DNA from: an uncultured Gammaproteobacteria bacterium
Lineage (GTDB): Bacteria; Patescibacteriota; Patescibacteriia; JAHIZJ01
DNA length: 64,000 nucleotides
Direction of reading: 5' to 3'
NCBI GenBank assembly: GCA_964594455.1
Contig: CAZQLY010000001.1
Coordinates: forward strand, 69,989 to 133,988
Shown here: positions 47,037 through 57,360 of the stretch, piece by piece
Layout of the letters: each line of letters begins with the position of its first letter
Numbering within the stretch: the stretch's first letter is position 1
Translations under genes and position numbers: made by a program
The notes under the pieces: model-generated
Told to the model about the DNA's origin: nothing
The model's input: only the letters and a program-made list of their open reading frames with translations
The model's database searches: none

Positions 47037-48098
47037 ATGGCTGACAAAAACAACTCAAATGTAACTATTTCAACCGGGACGATATTCAAAGTCATATTGA
47101 TTTTATTGGCTTTATGGTTTGTTTACCAGATACGCAGCATTATCGGAATCTTGTTTGTTTCTATAATATTTACGGCTGGCATCATCCCTTGGGTTGATTG
47201 GCTGGAAAACAAAAAAATACCCAGGGTTTTAGGCACTTCCGTCATTTACGCGGTTGTACTAGGTATTTTTAGTTTGATTGTTGTTTTAATAATTCCACCA
47301 TTATCTGATCAAGTTGGTCAGATAGTATCGGCTTTTCCTGAGTATTACGAAAAAATAGTGAAAGGGTTTGAGACTCTAGAATCATCCAACGATAGTGCCA
47401 TCGCTTCCAGCATCCAGGGTGGGCTCGAAAGCATTAATGAAGCCTTGCGCAATGCTGCCTCGGGTATTTTATCCAGTTTGGTTTCGGTGTTTGGTGGATT
47501 TGCTTCCTTCCTCAGCGTAGTAGTGATTACCTTCTATTTAGTTTTGGAACGCAATGGATTTAAGAAAATTATTCATTCCATCTCGCCAGTCCAATATCAG
47601 CCTTATCTGATTCAGTTGAGCAATCGCATCACCACTAAGCTTGGTTCCTGGCTGAGGGGGCAGCTGCTTCTCAGTTTGATTATCTTCCTGATGTCGTATA
47701 TCGGCCTTTTGTTGTTGAATGTTAAATACGCTCTGGTTTTGGCTTTGATTGCTGGCTTATTTGAATTTATACCTATTATTGGACCAATCATCGGTGCTAT
47801 ACCGGCCCTGTTCCTCAGTTTTGCTGAATCACCAGGTAAGGCCCTGATGGTTTTGATTCTCTATATCGTTATCCAGCAGCTGGAAAACCAGATTGTCGTT
47901 CCAAAAGTCATGCAAAAGTCAGTGGGCCTGAATCCGGTCATTGTAATTATTGCTATGCTCATCGGGGGGCAGCTAGGGGGCATGTTGGGAATAATATTAG
48001 CAATTCCTGTAGCCGCAATTATCCAAGTATTCAGCAGCGATTTTTTTGGACAGCGTCGAGCTAAAGATAACGAGCTGGAAGAAAGCGAATCTACGTAA
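47037..48098 (+). CDS. AI-2E family transporter
   Basis: WLRGQ, FIPIIGP, QQLEN..VP and GLNP. Confidence 0.9.
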   Translation: MADKNNSNVTISTGTIFKVILILLALWFVYQIRSIIGILFVSIIFTAGIIPWVDWLENKKIPRVLGTSVIYAVVLGIFSLIVVLIIPPLSDQVGQIVSAFPEYYEKIVKGFETLESSNDSAIASSIQGGLESINEALRNAASGILSSLVSVFGGFASFLSVVVITFYLVLERNGFKKIIHSISPVQYQPYLIQLSNRITTKLGSWLRGQLLLSLIIFLMSYIGLLLLNVKYALVLALIAGLFEFIPIIGPIIGAIPALFLSFAESPGKALMVLILYIVIQQLENQIVVPKVMQKSVGLNPVIVIIAMLIGGQLGGMLGIILAIPVAAIIQVFSSDFFGQRRAKDNELEESEST

Positions 48099-48100
48099 AC

Positions 48101-48790
48101 ATGGGCATCCTGTATGTGGTGGCGACACCGATCGGCAATCTAGAGGACATGACACTGAGAGCCATGCGGATTTTGCGTGAAGTGGATTTGATTTTATGCG
48201 AAGATACTCGAGTATCCCAGAAGCTATTACAGCATTTTGAAATAAAAAAACCTCTGCTAAGTTACCACCAGCACAGCCGGTTACAGCGCATTGACGAAGT
48301 CATTAAAAAAATAAATGACGGTCAAAACATCGCCCTGGTGACAGATGCCGGCACTCCCGGCGTTTCTGATCCGGGAAATGTCTTGGTTAGAGAGGTAATA
48401 GAGCGGTGCGGTCCGGAGGCAGAAATCATTTCTATCCCGGGCGTATCTGCAGTAACCAGTGCGGCCAGCATTGCCGGATTGCCGAGTGATCGGTTTTTGT
48501 TTTTAGGGTTTTTACCCCACAAGAAAGGCAAGGAAACATTACTTAAGAGGATTGCTGAGAGTACTGAAACCGTGATATTTTATGAATCGCCCCACAGAAT
48601 ATTAAAAACTCTTCAGAAGTTGAATGCCATAGTCAGTCCGGATAGAAAAGTCGTAGTCTTGCGCGAATTGACTAAGAAGTTTGAACAGCGTGTCGGAGAA
48701 ACTATTGAAGAGTGTCTGGATTATTTTGAAAAGCATCAAGATAAAATAAAAGGAGAATTCGCCGTTGTGGTCGGAGGAAAAAAACAATGA
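48101..48790 (+). CDS. rsmI: 16S rRNA C1402 2'-O-methyltransferase
   Basis: VATPIGNLED, CEDTR, DAGTPGVSDPG, YESPHR and RELTK. Confidence 0.96.
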   Translation: MGILYVVATPIGNLEDMTLRAMRILREVDLILCEDTRVSQKLLQHFEIKKPLLSYHQHSRLQRIDEVIKKINDGQNIALVTDAGTPGVSDPGNVLVREVIERCGPEAEIISIPGVSAVTSAASIAGLPSDRFLFLGFLPHKKGKETLLKRIAESTETVIFYESPHRILKTLQKLNAIVSPDRKVVVLRELTKKFEQRVGETIEECLDYFEKHQDKIKGEFAVVVGGKKQ

Positions 48791-50220
48791 AGTATTACAT
48801 CACCACGCCAATTTATTACGTAAATGATAAACCCCACCTCGGGCATGCTTATACTACGGTGGCTGCGGATGTATTGGCGCGTTTCCATCGCCGACAAGGG
48901 GATAATGTTTTCTTCCTGACTGGCACTGATGAGCATGGAGCTAAAGTAGCTGAGAGTGCCGAGCAAGCCGGACAAAACCCCCAAGATTATGTTAACGAAG
49001 TGGTTGAACTGTTTGACTTAGCTTGGAAGAATCTTAACATAAAATACGACCATTTCATCCGAACAACTGACCAGCAGCACATAGAAGCGGTTGAAGGGTT
49101 TATGAAAACGCTTAAGGCTAACGATGCATTGTATGAAGGAAAATATGAGGGCCTCTACTGCATTGGCTGCGAGAAATTTATTACTGAGAAAGAATTAGTT
49201 GACGGTAAATGCCCCGATCATAATAAGAAGCCTAAAAAGATAAAAGAGAAAAATTTTTTCTTTAAACTATCGGATTACCTTGATCAAGTCAGGGAAATGA
49301 TTGAGAAAGATGAGATCCGCATCTTGCCAAAGGAGAGAAAAAGCGAAGTGATAGGATTATTTAAACAGGGGCTGGATGATTTCTCGGTTTCTCGAGAAAA
49401 AGTCAAATGGGGGATACCATTGCCTTTTGACAACAAGCAGGTGATTTACGTTTGGGTGGAGGCTTTACAAAACTACATCTCTGCCATTGGCTATGGGAAA
49501 GACTCCAATCAATTCAAAACTTGGTGGCCGGCTGACTGCCACTTGATGGCCAAGGATATTTTGAAATTCCATGCTATATATTGGCCAGCTATGTTGCTGG
49601 CAGTTGGGGAAAAGCCCCCGCACGAGCTTTTTGTCCATGGCTTCTTTACTATCAACGGTCAGAAGATGAGCAAGTCGCTGGGCAATGTCATCAATCCAAA
49701 CGAGCTGGCGGATAAATATGGGTCTGATGCCGCCCGATACTTATTGCTCAGCCAATTCCCGTTTGGGCAAGATGGAGATGTCAAGGAATCTTTGTTCACC
49801 GAGAAATACAATGCTGATCTAGCAAACGGATTGGGCAACTTGGTCAGCCGCACTGCAAATTTGATGGAAAAGTATGAGGTAAAGGTTGGAACTAATGCTA
49901 AGCCTGCCAATAAAGAAAGTGAAATAAAGTTTAAAAATATTAGTGAAGCAGTAGAAAACTATAAGTTTGATCAAGCCCTGAAGGGCATATTTCAGATTAT
50001 AGATCATGCTAATAAAGTTTTAGATACTAGTGCCCCCTGGAAGATGGCTGATTCACAGGCAGTCGAACGGACTGAGGTATTACAGGCGGTGGCTAGTTTG
50101 ATAAAGATTATCGCCCAACAAATTTATCCTTTTATGCCGATTGCTAGTCGTAAGATAGAAAAACAGTTTTCAGCCGATAAAGTTAAGAAAGAAGAAAGCC
50201 TTTTCCCGCGCATTAAATAG
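48787..50220 (+). CDS. metG: Methionine--tRNA ligase
   Basis: YITTPIYYVN..PHLGH, GTDEHG, KDILKFH and KMSKS. Confidence 0.96.
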   Translation: MKYYITTPIYYVNDKPHLGHAYTTVAADVLARFHRRQGDNVFFLTGTDEHGAKVAESAEQAGQNPQDYVNEVVELFDLAWKNLNIKYDHFIRTTDQQHIEAVEGFMKTLKANDALYEGKYEGLYCIGCEKFITEKELVDGKCPDHNKKPKKIKEKNFFFKLSDYLDQVREMIEKDEIRILPKERKSEVIGLFKQGLDDFSVSREKVKWGIPLPFDNKQVIYVWVEALQNYISAIGYGKDSNQFKTWWPADCHLMAKDILKFHAIYWPAMLLAVGEKPPHELFVHGFFTINGQKMSKSLGNVINPNELADKYGSDAARYLLLSQFPFGQDGDVKESLFTEKYNADLANGLGNLVSRTANLMEKYEVKVGTNAKPANKESEIKFKNISEAVENYKFDQALKGIFQIIDHANKVLDTSAPWKMADSQAVERTEVLQAVASLIKIIAQQIYPFMPIASRKIEKQFSADKVKKEESLFPRIK

Positions 50221-50228
50221 TCATTATT

Positions 50229-50741
50229 ATGGCAACCATTGATTTAGTGTTACTAATAATTCTCGGTGGCTTCATAGTCATGGGTTTTATGACTGGTTTA
50301 TTTCAAGCCCTGGGGGCAGTAGTTGGGATAATCTTTGGGTATTTCATGGCCAGCCAGTTTTATGAACCGCTGGGTAATTTGATATCACCCATGGTGATGG
50401 GCAACGAAGGGTTGAGTAATGTTATAGCCTTTACCTTAATTTTTCTTATTATCAATCATTTGGTTGGTATTGTTGTTTGGTTTTTGGCTAAGACGTTTCA
50501 ATTTCTCAAGCTGGTACCGTTTTATTCGATCCTGAACAGATTTGTCGGATCAGTATTGGGTTTCATAGAAGGGCTGTTTGTAATCGGGGTGGTTTTGAAC
50601 ATCATTGATGTTTTCTTGCGTCAGCCGCAGCTCAGTGAACAAATTGCCAGATCAGATCTGGCTCAGCTGATGTTGGGTACGGCCAAATTATTGGATTACA
50701 TTTTACCCTCAGCTTATCAAGCTCTAAATTCGATGATGTGA
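50229..50741 (+). CDS. cvpA: CvpA family membrane protein
   Basis: IDLVLLIIL...GF..G and LNRFVGSVLG. Confidence 0.8.
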   Translation: MATIDLVLLIILGGFIVMGFMTGLFQALGAVVGIIFGYFMASQFYEPLGNLISPMVMGNEGLSNVIAFTLIFLIINHLVGIVVWFLAKTFQFLKLVPFYSILNRFVGSVLGFIEGLFVIGVVLNIIDVFLRQPQLSEQIARSDLAQLMLGTAKLLDYILPSAYQALNSMM

Positions 50742-51532
50742 TGTTAGTTGACTCGCACGCCCATCTGAACTTCAAGGCTTATAACAAAGATCGCTCGGAT
50801 GTGATAACGAGATGCCTTCAGAATAATATGAAGGTTATTAATGTTGGTTCCCAGCTTCCGACAAGCCAAAAAGCGGTTGAGCTGGCCTTGCAAAATCCCG
50901 ACGCGATGTATGCGGCGGTGGGTTTTCATCCGGTGCATTCAGAAAAGATTGAGTACGATTTGGCTGCCTTTCGTGATTTGATTGAAAAAAATAGGAAGGC
51001 AATCGTGGCAGTAGGCGAGATAGGCTTGGACTATTATCGGCTGGAGGCTAACACAGAAGAAGATGAGCAGAAGATAAAAGAAGATCAAAAAGAGCTGTTT
51101 AAGATCCAGTACCAATTAGCCCAAGATAATAATTTACCGGTAATAGTTCATTGCCGAGATGCTTACGACGATCTGATTAATTTATGCCAAGAAATATCAG
51201 ATCAACATATCGGTGTGGTCCATTGTTTTTTGGGAGATGTTGCTATAGCTGATAAATTCTTACAACAGGGATTCTTATTGGGATTTACCGGTATAATAAC
51301 TTTTGGAGATGATGAAAAGTTAAAAGAAGTAATTGAACATGTTCCTCTAAAAAAAATGTTGATCGAGACTGATGCCCCATATTTATCCCCAGTTCCTTTT
51401 CGTGGGAAGCGCAATGAACCTCTTTTTGTTCAATACGTGGCAGAAAAAATTGCCGAGATAAAAGGAATATCAAAAGATAAGGTGGTAGAACAGACGGCTG
51501 GTAATGCTAGTCAGCTTTTTCAATTAGGTTAA
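50741..51532 (+). CDS. tatD: TatD family hydrolase
   Basis: DSHAHL, GFHP, GEIGLDY, HCR, HCF and ETDAPYL. Confidence 0.95.
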   Translation: MLVDSHAHLNFKAYNKDRSDVITRCLQNNMKVINVGSQLPTSQKAVELALQNPDAMYAAVGFHPVHSEKIEYDLAAFRDLIEKNRKAIVAVGEIGLDYYRLEANTEEDEQKIKEDQKELFKIQYQLAQDNNLPVIVHCRDAYDDLINLCQEISDQHIGVVHCFLGDVAIADKFLQQGFLLGFTGIITFGDDEKLKEVIEHVPLKKMLIETDAPYLSPVPFRGKRNEPLFVQYVAEKIAEIKGISKDKVVEQTAGNASQLFQLG

Positions 51533-51776
51533 GTAACCCGCTTCCGGTTAGTAAGAGTAGCGCCCTGGGTACGGTATTGGTCCTGCGGCCGAATTATTTA
51601 CTGCATATTGTCATGCTGAATTTATTTCAGCATCTCCACCATCATGCTAAAGTTGTTTAGTAGTCTATACCCGCCTGCGCCTCAAAAGATTAATTCTAAT
51701 AGGTATAGTAGTGGGCTACGGCGGGTTATTTACAGCCCGCCTCGCTGAAGACAAGCATCAGCGAGTCGAGGCGGGT
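51531..51776. repeat. Cluster of nested inverted repeats / REP-like hairpins
   Basis: TAACCCGC...GCGGGTTA arms enclose ATGCTGAA-TTTAT-TTCAGCAT and CTATACC/GGTATAG; adjacent CCCGCCTCG...CGAGGCGGG hairpin. Confidence 0.55.
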
Positions 51777-51882
51777 GGCTATAAGATAACACATGGTGGT
51801 TATTATCTATATCCCTTACTCTCTGTCTAATAATACCTCTAGGTAAATAAAAAACCCGTCCGGTTGCCCAGACGGGAAGTCG

Positions 51883-52221
51883 CTAGGGAGTGTTCTGGCG
51901 ACAGTCGAACAAAATACCAGGTTCAGATAGAACCTTACGTTTCAGCTTAGGATCAAGAGAAAAGGTCGACACAAGCTCCAGGGTTTCGTCACGGTCTAGA
52001 TAGATCCGACGAGGTTTCAAATTTCTTTTCTCGAGATACTTAGCTGCATGTTGCATATCTGAATAGATACTCTGTTCCGTACTTTCTAGCCAGAGAATCC
52101 CATCGTTGAGAATAACGAAGTCCGGCAGATGATCCTGTTCAGACATGATGCTGAATAGCCCGACACCCGCAAGGCAGAGGACCACCGTGCCAAAGATGCT
52201 CGGTATCAACCCCCTTTGCAT
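51883..52221 (-). CDS. Hypothetical orphan protein with N-terminal TM/signal
   Basis: TTGCAC-17-TAAGAT promoter; terminator CCCGTC...GACGGG-T6 at ~51850-51877. Confidence 0.55.
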   Translation of the reverse strand: MQRGLIPSIFGTVVLCLAGVGLFSIMSEQDHLPDFVILNDGILWLESTEQSIYSDMQHAAKYLEKRNLKPRRIYLDRDETLELVSTFSLDPKLKRKVLSEPGILFDCRQNTP

Positions 52222-52384
52222 TACTCTGCCCCCGTTGGAAAAGAGCCGTTGTTCTTCCTTATGACTCCTTCATAAGGAAGTTTTTATCTTACAATAAAGC
52301 AAAATGGAGTGCAAGATGACCATTTTTGGCCTTGTGGATAAGCTGTAAATCAATTATTATTAACGTAGACTATTAAATGAACTC

Positions 52385-53419
52385 ATGAACACACCCTGGA
52401 TAATAACAATTTTTGTACTAATGCTGCTAGGTTTTGCCGTAGTGGTTTTGGTTATTATCTGGCAGTTTAGGAAGATTCAGGCCAATCAGCTAAAAGACTC
52501 CGAGTCTAAAAAAGATCCCTTGATAATGCTAAAGCAGGACATAGAAAGCGTCCGGCGTGATATCCAGAACCAACAATCAGGCAGCTTAAAAGTGGTAAGG
52601 GAAGTGACTGAAAAATTAACCCGCCTGGATGAAACAAATAAGCAGGTAGTTGGTTTCACTGATCAGCTACAACAACTCCAAGATATCTTAAAAAATCCGA
52701 AACAGAGAGGAGTTTTAGGGGAGTATTATTTGGAAACAGTATTGAAGAATGTTTTACCGCCCAAGAATTACCAGTTGCAATATCCATTTAAAAATAATGA
52801 CAAAGTTGACGCGGTAATATTTATTGGGGAAAAGATAATTCCCATTGATTCAAAATTTTCATTGGAAAATTATAATCGAATATCAGTTGAACGAGATCCG
52901 ACTGAACGCGAACGTTTGGAAAAATTATTTAAACAAGACCTTAAAAACAGGATTGACGAAACAGCCAAGTATATTCGTCCCAGTGAAAAAACTATGGATT
53001 TTGCTTTTATGTTTATTCCAGCTGAGGCTATTTATTATGATTTGTTAGTTAACCAAATTGGCACCGTTAAGTTGAACACTCGTGATTTGATAGAATACGC
53101 TTTCAAAGACAAACACGTGATAATAGTTTCTCCGACTTCCTTCTTTGCCTATTTGCAAACGGTTTTACAGGGATTAAGAGCGCTACAGATAGAGGAGTCG
53201 GCTAAGGAGATTAGGAAAAATGTTGAGCAGCTGGCTAGGCACTTGTTAAGTTACGAAGCACATTTCGGCAGATTAGGGAATCAATTACAAACTACTGTCA
53301 AAACTTACAACACTACGTCAAAGGAGTTTAGTAAAATCAACAAGGATGTCTATCGTATAACTGGCCAGGAAAAAAAGACCAGCCAAAAGGTTTTTGATAT
53401 ACCAGATCAAGAGGAATAA
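52385..53419 (+). CDS. rmuC: DNA recombination protein RmuC
   Basis: RGVLGE, IDSKF, AFMFIPAE and VSPTS. Confidence 0.92.
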   Translation: MNTPWIITIFVLMLLGFAVVVLVIIWQFRKIQANQLKDSESKKDPLIMLKQDIESVRRDIQNQQSGSLKVVREVTEKLTRLDETNKQVVGFTDQLQQLQDILKNPKQRGVLGEYYLETVLKNVLPPKNYQLQYPFKNNDKVDAVIFIGEKIIPIDSKFSLENYNRISVERDPTERERLEKLFKQDLKNRIDETAKYIRPSEKTMDFAFMFIPAEAIYYDLLVNQIGTVKLNTRDLIEYAFKDKHVIIVSPTSFFAYLQTVLQGLRALQIEESAKEIRKNVEQLARHLLSYEAHFGRLGNQLQTTVKTYNTTSKEFSKINKDVYRITGQEKKTSQKVFDIPDQEE

Positions 53420-53968
53420 GTAAAATAAAAAAGGCTGATTGCTATGATTTAGCCTTTTTGTTTATTTAATTTCGTTTTTTAATCTGCGGCTAGCTTCACG
53501 GAATTTGCGAAATGCAATTTTGAGTTCTAGGAGTGACTGGAGACTATCTCTTCTAGTTTTATCATATCTCTTGTTGGTTTCCGGTCTCACTTTTGTAATT
53601 ATCCTTTAAATTTTATTTTTGTTTTAAAAAAATTGTGTGCAATAGTATTAATATTAGCGTAAAAAAATACAATTGTCAATGATAAAAGTCTCGACCCCAA
53701 TATATTGCTATAAAGTTTTTTATTTTGTCCAAGAGATAGTTTAACTATTTCGTATTGTGAAAAAAGTTATCAATTTGCGGTTGGGGAAATCCAAAAAAAT
53801 TAAAAATGTTGAAATATTATTTAATAGGTATTTAATATTTTTGGCTAATATTAGAGATATAAATGTTTACCCCTTGATTATTTGCCTTAGGTTGGGTAGA
53901 ATACCGTCGAATAGTAGTGGATAACTCACATATTCTTTAATTTTGATATTAATAAAAATTATACGGCG

Positions 53969-54286
53969 ATGAACGACAATCCATTAAAAACAATTCAAAA
54001 AACCGAATCTGAGTTGAAGCAAAAAATTCAGAATAAAAAAACGGAGTCTGAAAATAAGATTGCCGATTTTAAACGTGAACAAGAAAAAGCTTTATCTGAG
54101 CAGTTTCAGGCTCTGGCTCCGGAATTGAAAAAGATAAAAGCCCAGGTTTTGAGCGATTCTAAGAAAAAAATAACTGTCCAGCAAAAAAACTATCAATCGG
54201 AAATAGATGAGTTGGAAAAGATAAACAAAAAATTATTAGATCAATTGGCTGATAAAATAGTATCAAAGGTAGCCGAGGTGTATTAA
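53969..54286 (+). CDS. V/A-type ATPase peripheral stalk subunit G/H
   Basis: Coiled-coil, 105 aa, first gene of the operon. Confidence 0.7.
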   Translation: MNDNPLKTIQKTESELKQKIQNKKTESENKIADFKREQEKALSEQFQALAPELKKIKAQVLSDSKKKITVQQKNYQSEIDELEKINKKLLDQLADKIVSKVAEVY

Positions 54287-54287
54287 A

Positions 54288-56267
54288 ATGGCAATTGCAG
54301 AAGTTAAAAAAATAGGATTAATCGGATTAAAGCGGGACCAAGGAGCTGTCATTGATGCTTTGTATGATTTTAGCCAGCTGCAGATAATCGGAGTCAATCA
54401 AGAGGGTGCGCTGAGCAACGATGCGATAAGTGAGTTGGATTACCGGCTGGCTCAGTTAAAATTTGCTCTGGAGTTCGTTGAGCGTTACGCTGAACCAGAA
54501 AAAATTAGCTTGAAGCAAAAGCTGGAAAAAATGGCTAGCCGAGGACTTCATGTTTCAAAGAAAAAAATAGATCAGCTAGTCACAGATTTTGATTATAAAA
54601 AAGTCATTGCCGAGGCTGAGAGGCTAGAGGAAAATATTAATAACAAGCAAACCCTGGTCACAAATATTCAGTCAGAAATAAATGAGCTGGAACCTTGGGT
54701 TGATTTGAAATTTAATTACCAAGAAAAGGCTACAGACAAAGCTTCAGCCAGTATCGGGACGATCAGCGATCTGGGTTATGCCGGCTTGATCAAAGATTTT
54801 GAGGACAAGAAGGTTCCTTGCGAAGTTCAAATTATCGGCCAGAAGGAGAAAGAGGTTAAAGTCTTAGTGGTGTATTTGAATCAGGTTAGCGTTCAAGTGC
54901 GGGAAATATTAAGCCAAAATGATTTCAGAGAAGTTCTCTTGCCGGAAATTACAGCTGCGCCTCAAACCGCTATTGCTGAAAAGAAAAAAGCTATTGACCA
55001 ACTAAACGCAGAAATTGATAAATTAACCCAAGCCGCCAAGAATCTTTCTCTTCACCGAGAAAATCTTCAGATTTTATTTGATTACACAACTTGGCAGCGT
55101 GATAAAACAGCCGCTTCATTCCAGGCTTTGTCCCAAGATAAAACATTTTATATAACTGGCTATGTTGCCAAAGATCGCTTATCAGAATTAGAAAAACGCA
55201 TTGGCAAAGTCACCAGCGATTACTATATAAGTGAACTGCCTATAGAGAAAGATGAAGATCTACCGGTGATTCTACGGAACAATCGATCCATCTTCCCATT
55301 TGAGACGGTAACCAACGTCTACGGTGCGCCCAAGCCAAATGAAATAGATCCCACGCCATTTTTGGCTCCATTTTTTATATTATTTTTCGGCATCTGCTTG
55401 TCTGATGCTGGATACGGATTATTACTGGGCGGTATGGCTTTTTTAGCAATTAAGATTTTTAAACTGCCGCCTAACAAACAAGGATTTTTTAGACTATTTG
55501 TTTATGCTGGCATAGTAACGTTTATTATCGGTGCTTTGTTTGGTGGCTGGTTCGGTGTAGCGTTGGAAGATTTGCCTGATAGTGCCATCAAGAGCGCCTT
55601 ACTGTCGGTTAAGATAATCGATCCGGTAACCAATCCTTTGACCATGTTAGTCTTTTCTATGATTCTGGGTGTGATTCAAGTGGTAACCGGCATCGTGGTA
55701 AATTTCTATTACCAGATCAAGCAAAAAGATTGGGGCAAGGCTTTTGACGCCGGGGCTTGGATATTTCTTTTGCTGGGTGTTATTTTCTGGCTGGTGGCTG
55801 GGCAAGTCGTTAAAAATGCCGGTCTGCAGCAAATCGGCCAGTATTGGATATATGCCGGAGTGGCCGTATTGGTTTTGACCCAAGGCCGCCGGCAAAAGAG
55901 TATCATTATGAAAATACCAGCCGGCATTTTGAGCTTATATGACCTGGTTGGATATTTTTCCGATGTTATGTCATATTCACGCCTCCTGGCTCTGGGGCTA
56001 TCTACTGGAATTATCGCTTTTGTAATCAATATGGTAGCCATGTTGTTTAAAGATATGATTCCATTTATCGGTTGGCCCGTGGCTATAGGCATACTGATTG
56101 GAGGACACTTGTTTAACTTAGCCATCAATGCCTTAGGCTCGTTCATCCATTCTGGACGTCTGCAGTATGTGGAGTTTTTCCCGAAATTCATGGAAGGTGG
56201 CGGCAGTAGGTTTCAGCCCTTGGCTAAGCAAGCAAAGTACGTAAACATTGATAAAGAAGATAATTAA
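54288..56267 (+). CDS. atpI: V/A-type ATPase subunit I (a)
   Basis: EIDPTP, DAGYG, SDVMSYSRLLALGL and RLQYVEFF. Confidence 0.95.
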   Translation: MAIAEVKKIGLIGLKRDQGAVIDALYDFSQLQIIGVNQEGALSNDAISELDYRLAQLKFALEFVERYAEPEKISLKQKLEKMASRGLHVSKKKIDQLVTDFDYKKVIAEAERLEENINNKQTLVTNIQSEINELEPWVDLKFNYQEKATDKASASIGTISDLGYAGLIKDFEDKKVPCEVQIIGQKEKEVKVLVVYLNQVSVQVREILSQNDFREVLLPEITAAPQTAIAEKKKAIDQLNAEIDKLTQAAKNLSLHRENLQILFDYTTWQRDKTAASFQALSQDKTFYITGYVAKDRLSELEKRIGKVTSDYYISELPIEKDEDLPVILRNNRSIFPFETVTNVYGAPKPNEIDPTPFLAPFFILFFGICLSDAGYGLLLGGMAFLAIKIFKLPPNKQGFFRLFVYAGIVTFIIGALFGGWFGVALEDLPDSAIKSALLSVKIIDPVTNPLTMLVFSMILGVIQVVTGIVVNFYYQIKQKDWGKAFDAGAWIFLLLGVIFWLVAGQVVKNAGLQQIGQYWIYAGVAVLVLTQGRRQKSIIMKIPAGILSLYDLVGYFSDVMSYSRLLALGLSTGIIAFVINMVAMLFKDMIPFIGWPVAIGILIGGHLFNLAINALGSFIHSGRLQYVEFFPKFMEGGGSRFQPLAKQAKYVNIDKEDN

Positions 56268-56317
56268 AATAATTAATTTAAGTGCTGGATAAGCACTAAG
56301 TAAGAAAGGATAAAAAA

Positions 56318-56788
56318 ATGGGTTTAGCATTAGCAATCGCAGGAGCAACCACAGCCGTTATATTGGCTGGTATTGGTTCTGTGCTCGGTACTGGCACAGC
56401 CGGCCGTGCAGCCTCAGGACTAGTGTCTGTTGCTCCTGAACAATTCGGTAAAGTACTGCTTTTGCAGGCATTACCCGGAACTCAGGGTATTTATGGATTT
56501 TTGGGAGCGATTATGGCTCTGCAAAAGATTGGTTTATTGGGCGGTGAATCTGTTGAGTTGTCCATGGCTCTGGGTTGGCAAGTATTCTTTGCTTGTTTGC
56601 CAATAGCTTTGACTGGTTTATTCTCAGGTTGGTTCCAGGGCAAAGTATCAGCCGCTGCTGTCGGCATTGTCGGCAAGAAACCGACTGAAGTTGGTAAAGG
56701 TATTATCTTAGCCGCCGTTGTAGAAACCTATGCCGTACTCGGCTTGCTGGCTACAATTCTTTTGCTTAACGGCATTAATGTTGCCTAA
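56318..56788 (+). CDS. atpK: V/A-type ATPase proteolipid subunit K (c), 4-TM
   Basis: LPGTQGIYG, FQG and VETYA. Confidence 0.95.
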   Translation: MGLALAIAGATTAVILAGIGSVLGTGTAGRAASGLVSVAPEQFGKVLLLQALPGTQGIYGFLGAIMALQKIGLLGGESVELSMALGWQVFFACLPIALTGLFSGWFQGKVSAAAVGIVGKKPTEVGKGIILAAVVETYAVLGLLATILLLNGINVA

Positions 56789-56790
56789 AA

Positions 56791-57360
56791 ATGAGTCTGA
56801 ATAACATTATCAAAACATTAGAAACCGAGACGCAAAAAGAGATTGAAGCAATAGAACAAAGTACTCAGGAATCTCTGGCTAAGTTAGCCAAAGAATATGA
56901 GCAGAAACTGACTAATTCCAAAGATGAGATCCTCACCCAGGCCAATTCCGAAGCCCAGAGAACAGCTGATTTGCACCTGTTTGCCGAACAGACAGAATTG
57001 AAGAAACAGGTTCTGCAGAAAAAAAGAAGCTTGATCGATAATATCTATCAGCAAGCTATTGGAAAACTTAGTAAGCTGCCTGATTCGGAATACCAAAAGA
57101 TGATAGTGACTCTATTGAAGCAACTACCAGTACAGAGTGGGTCAATTATTCCGGCCCAGGGTCGGGAGAAAGTTACTCGGGAAGCTGTTAAAAAATCAAA
57201 AGGCCAGTTTCAAGTTTCTTCCGAGACGGTAGATTCGGCTGGCGGATTTATCTGGTATTCGGAAAAGATGAATATCGACAACACCTTTGAACAGTTAGTT
57301 AGAAACGCCAGAGAAGAAACTGAGATAGAAATCGCTCAAGAATTATTTAAGAACAAATGA
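56791..57360 (+). CDS. atpE: V/A-type ATPase subunit E
   Basis: GGF...IDNTFE; operon position. Confidence 0.88.
   Translation: MSLNNIIKTLETETQKEIEAIEQSTQESLAKLAKEYEQKLTNSKDEILTQANSEAQRTADLHLFAEQTELKKQVLQKKRSLIDNIYQQAIGKLSKLPDSEYQKMIVTLLKQLPVQSGSIIPAQGREKVTREAVKKSKGQFQVSSETVDSAGGFIWYSEKMNIDNTFEQLVRNAREETEIEIAQELFKNK

Noticed and set aside
53464-53605. Possible ~40-aa basic peptide on the minus strand
   Set aside because: Only weak starts and no recognisable motif.
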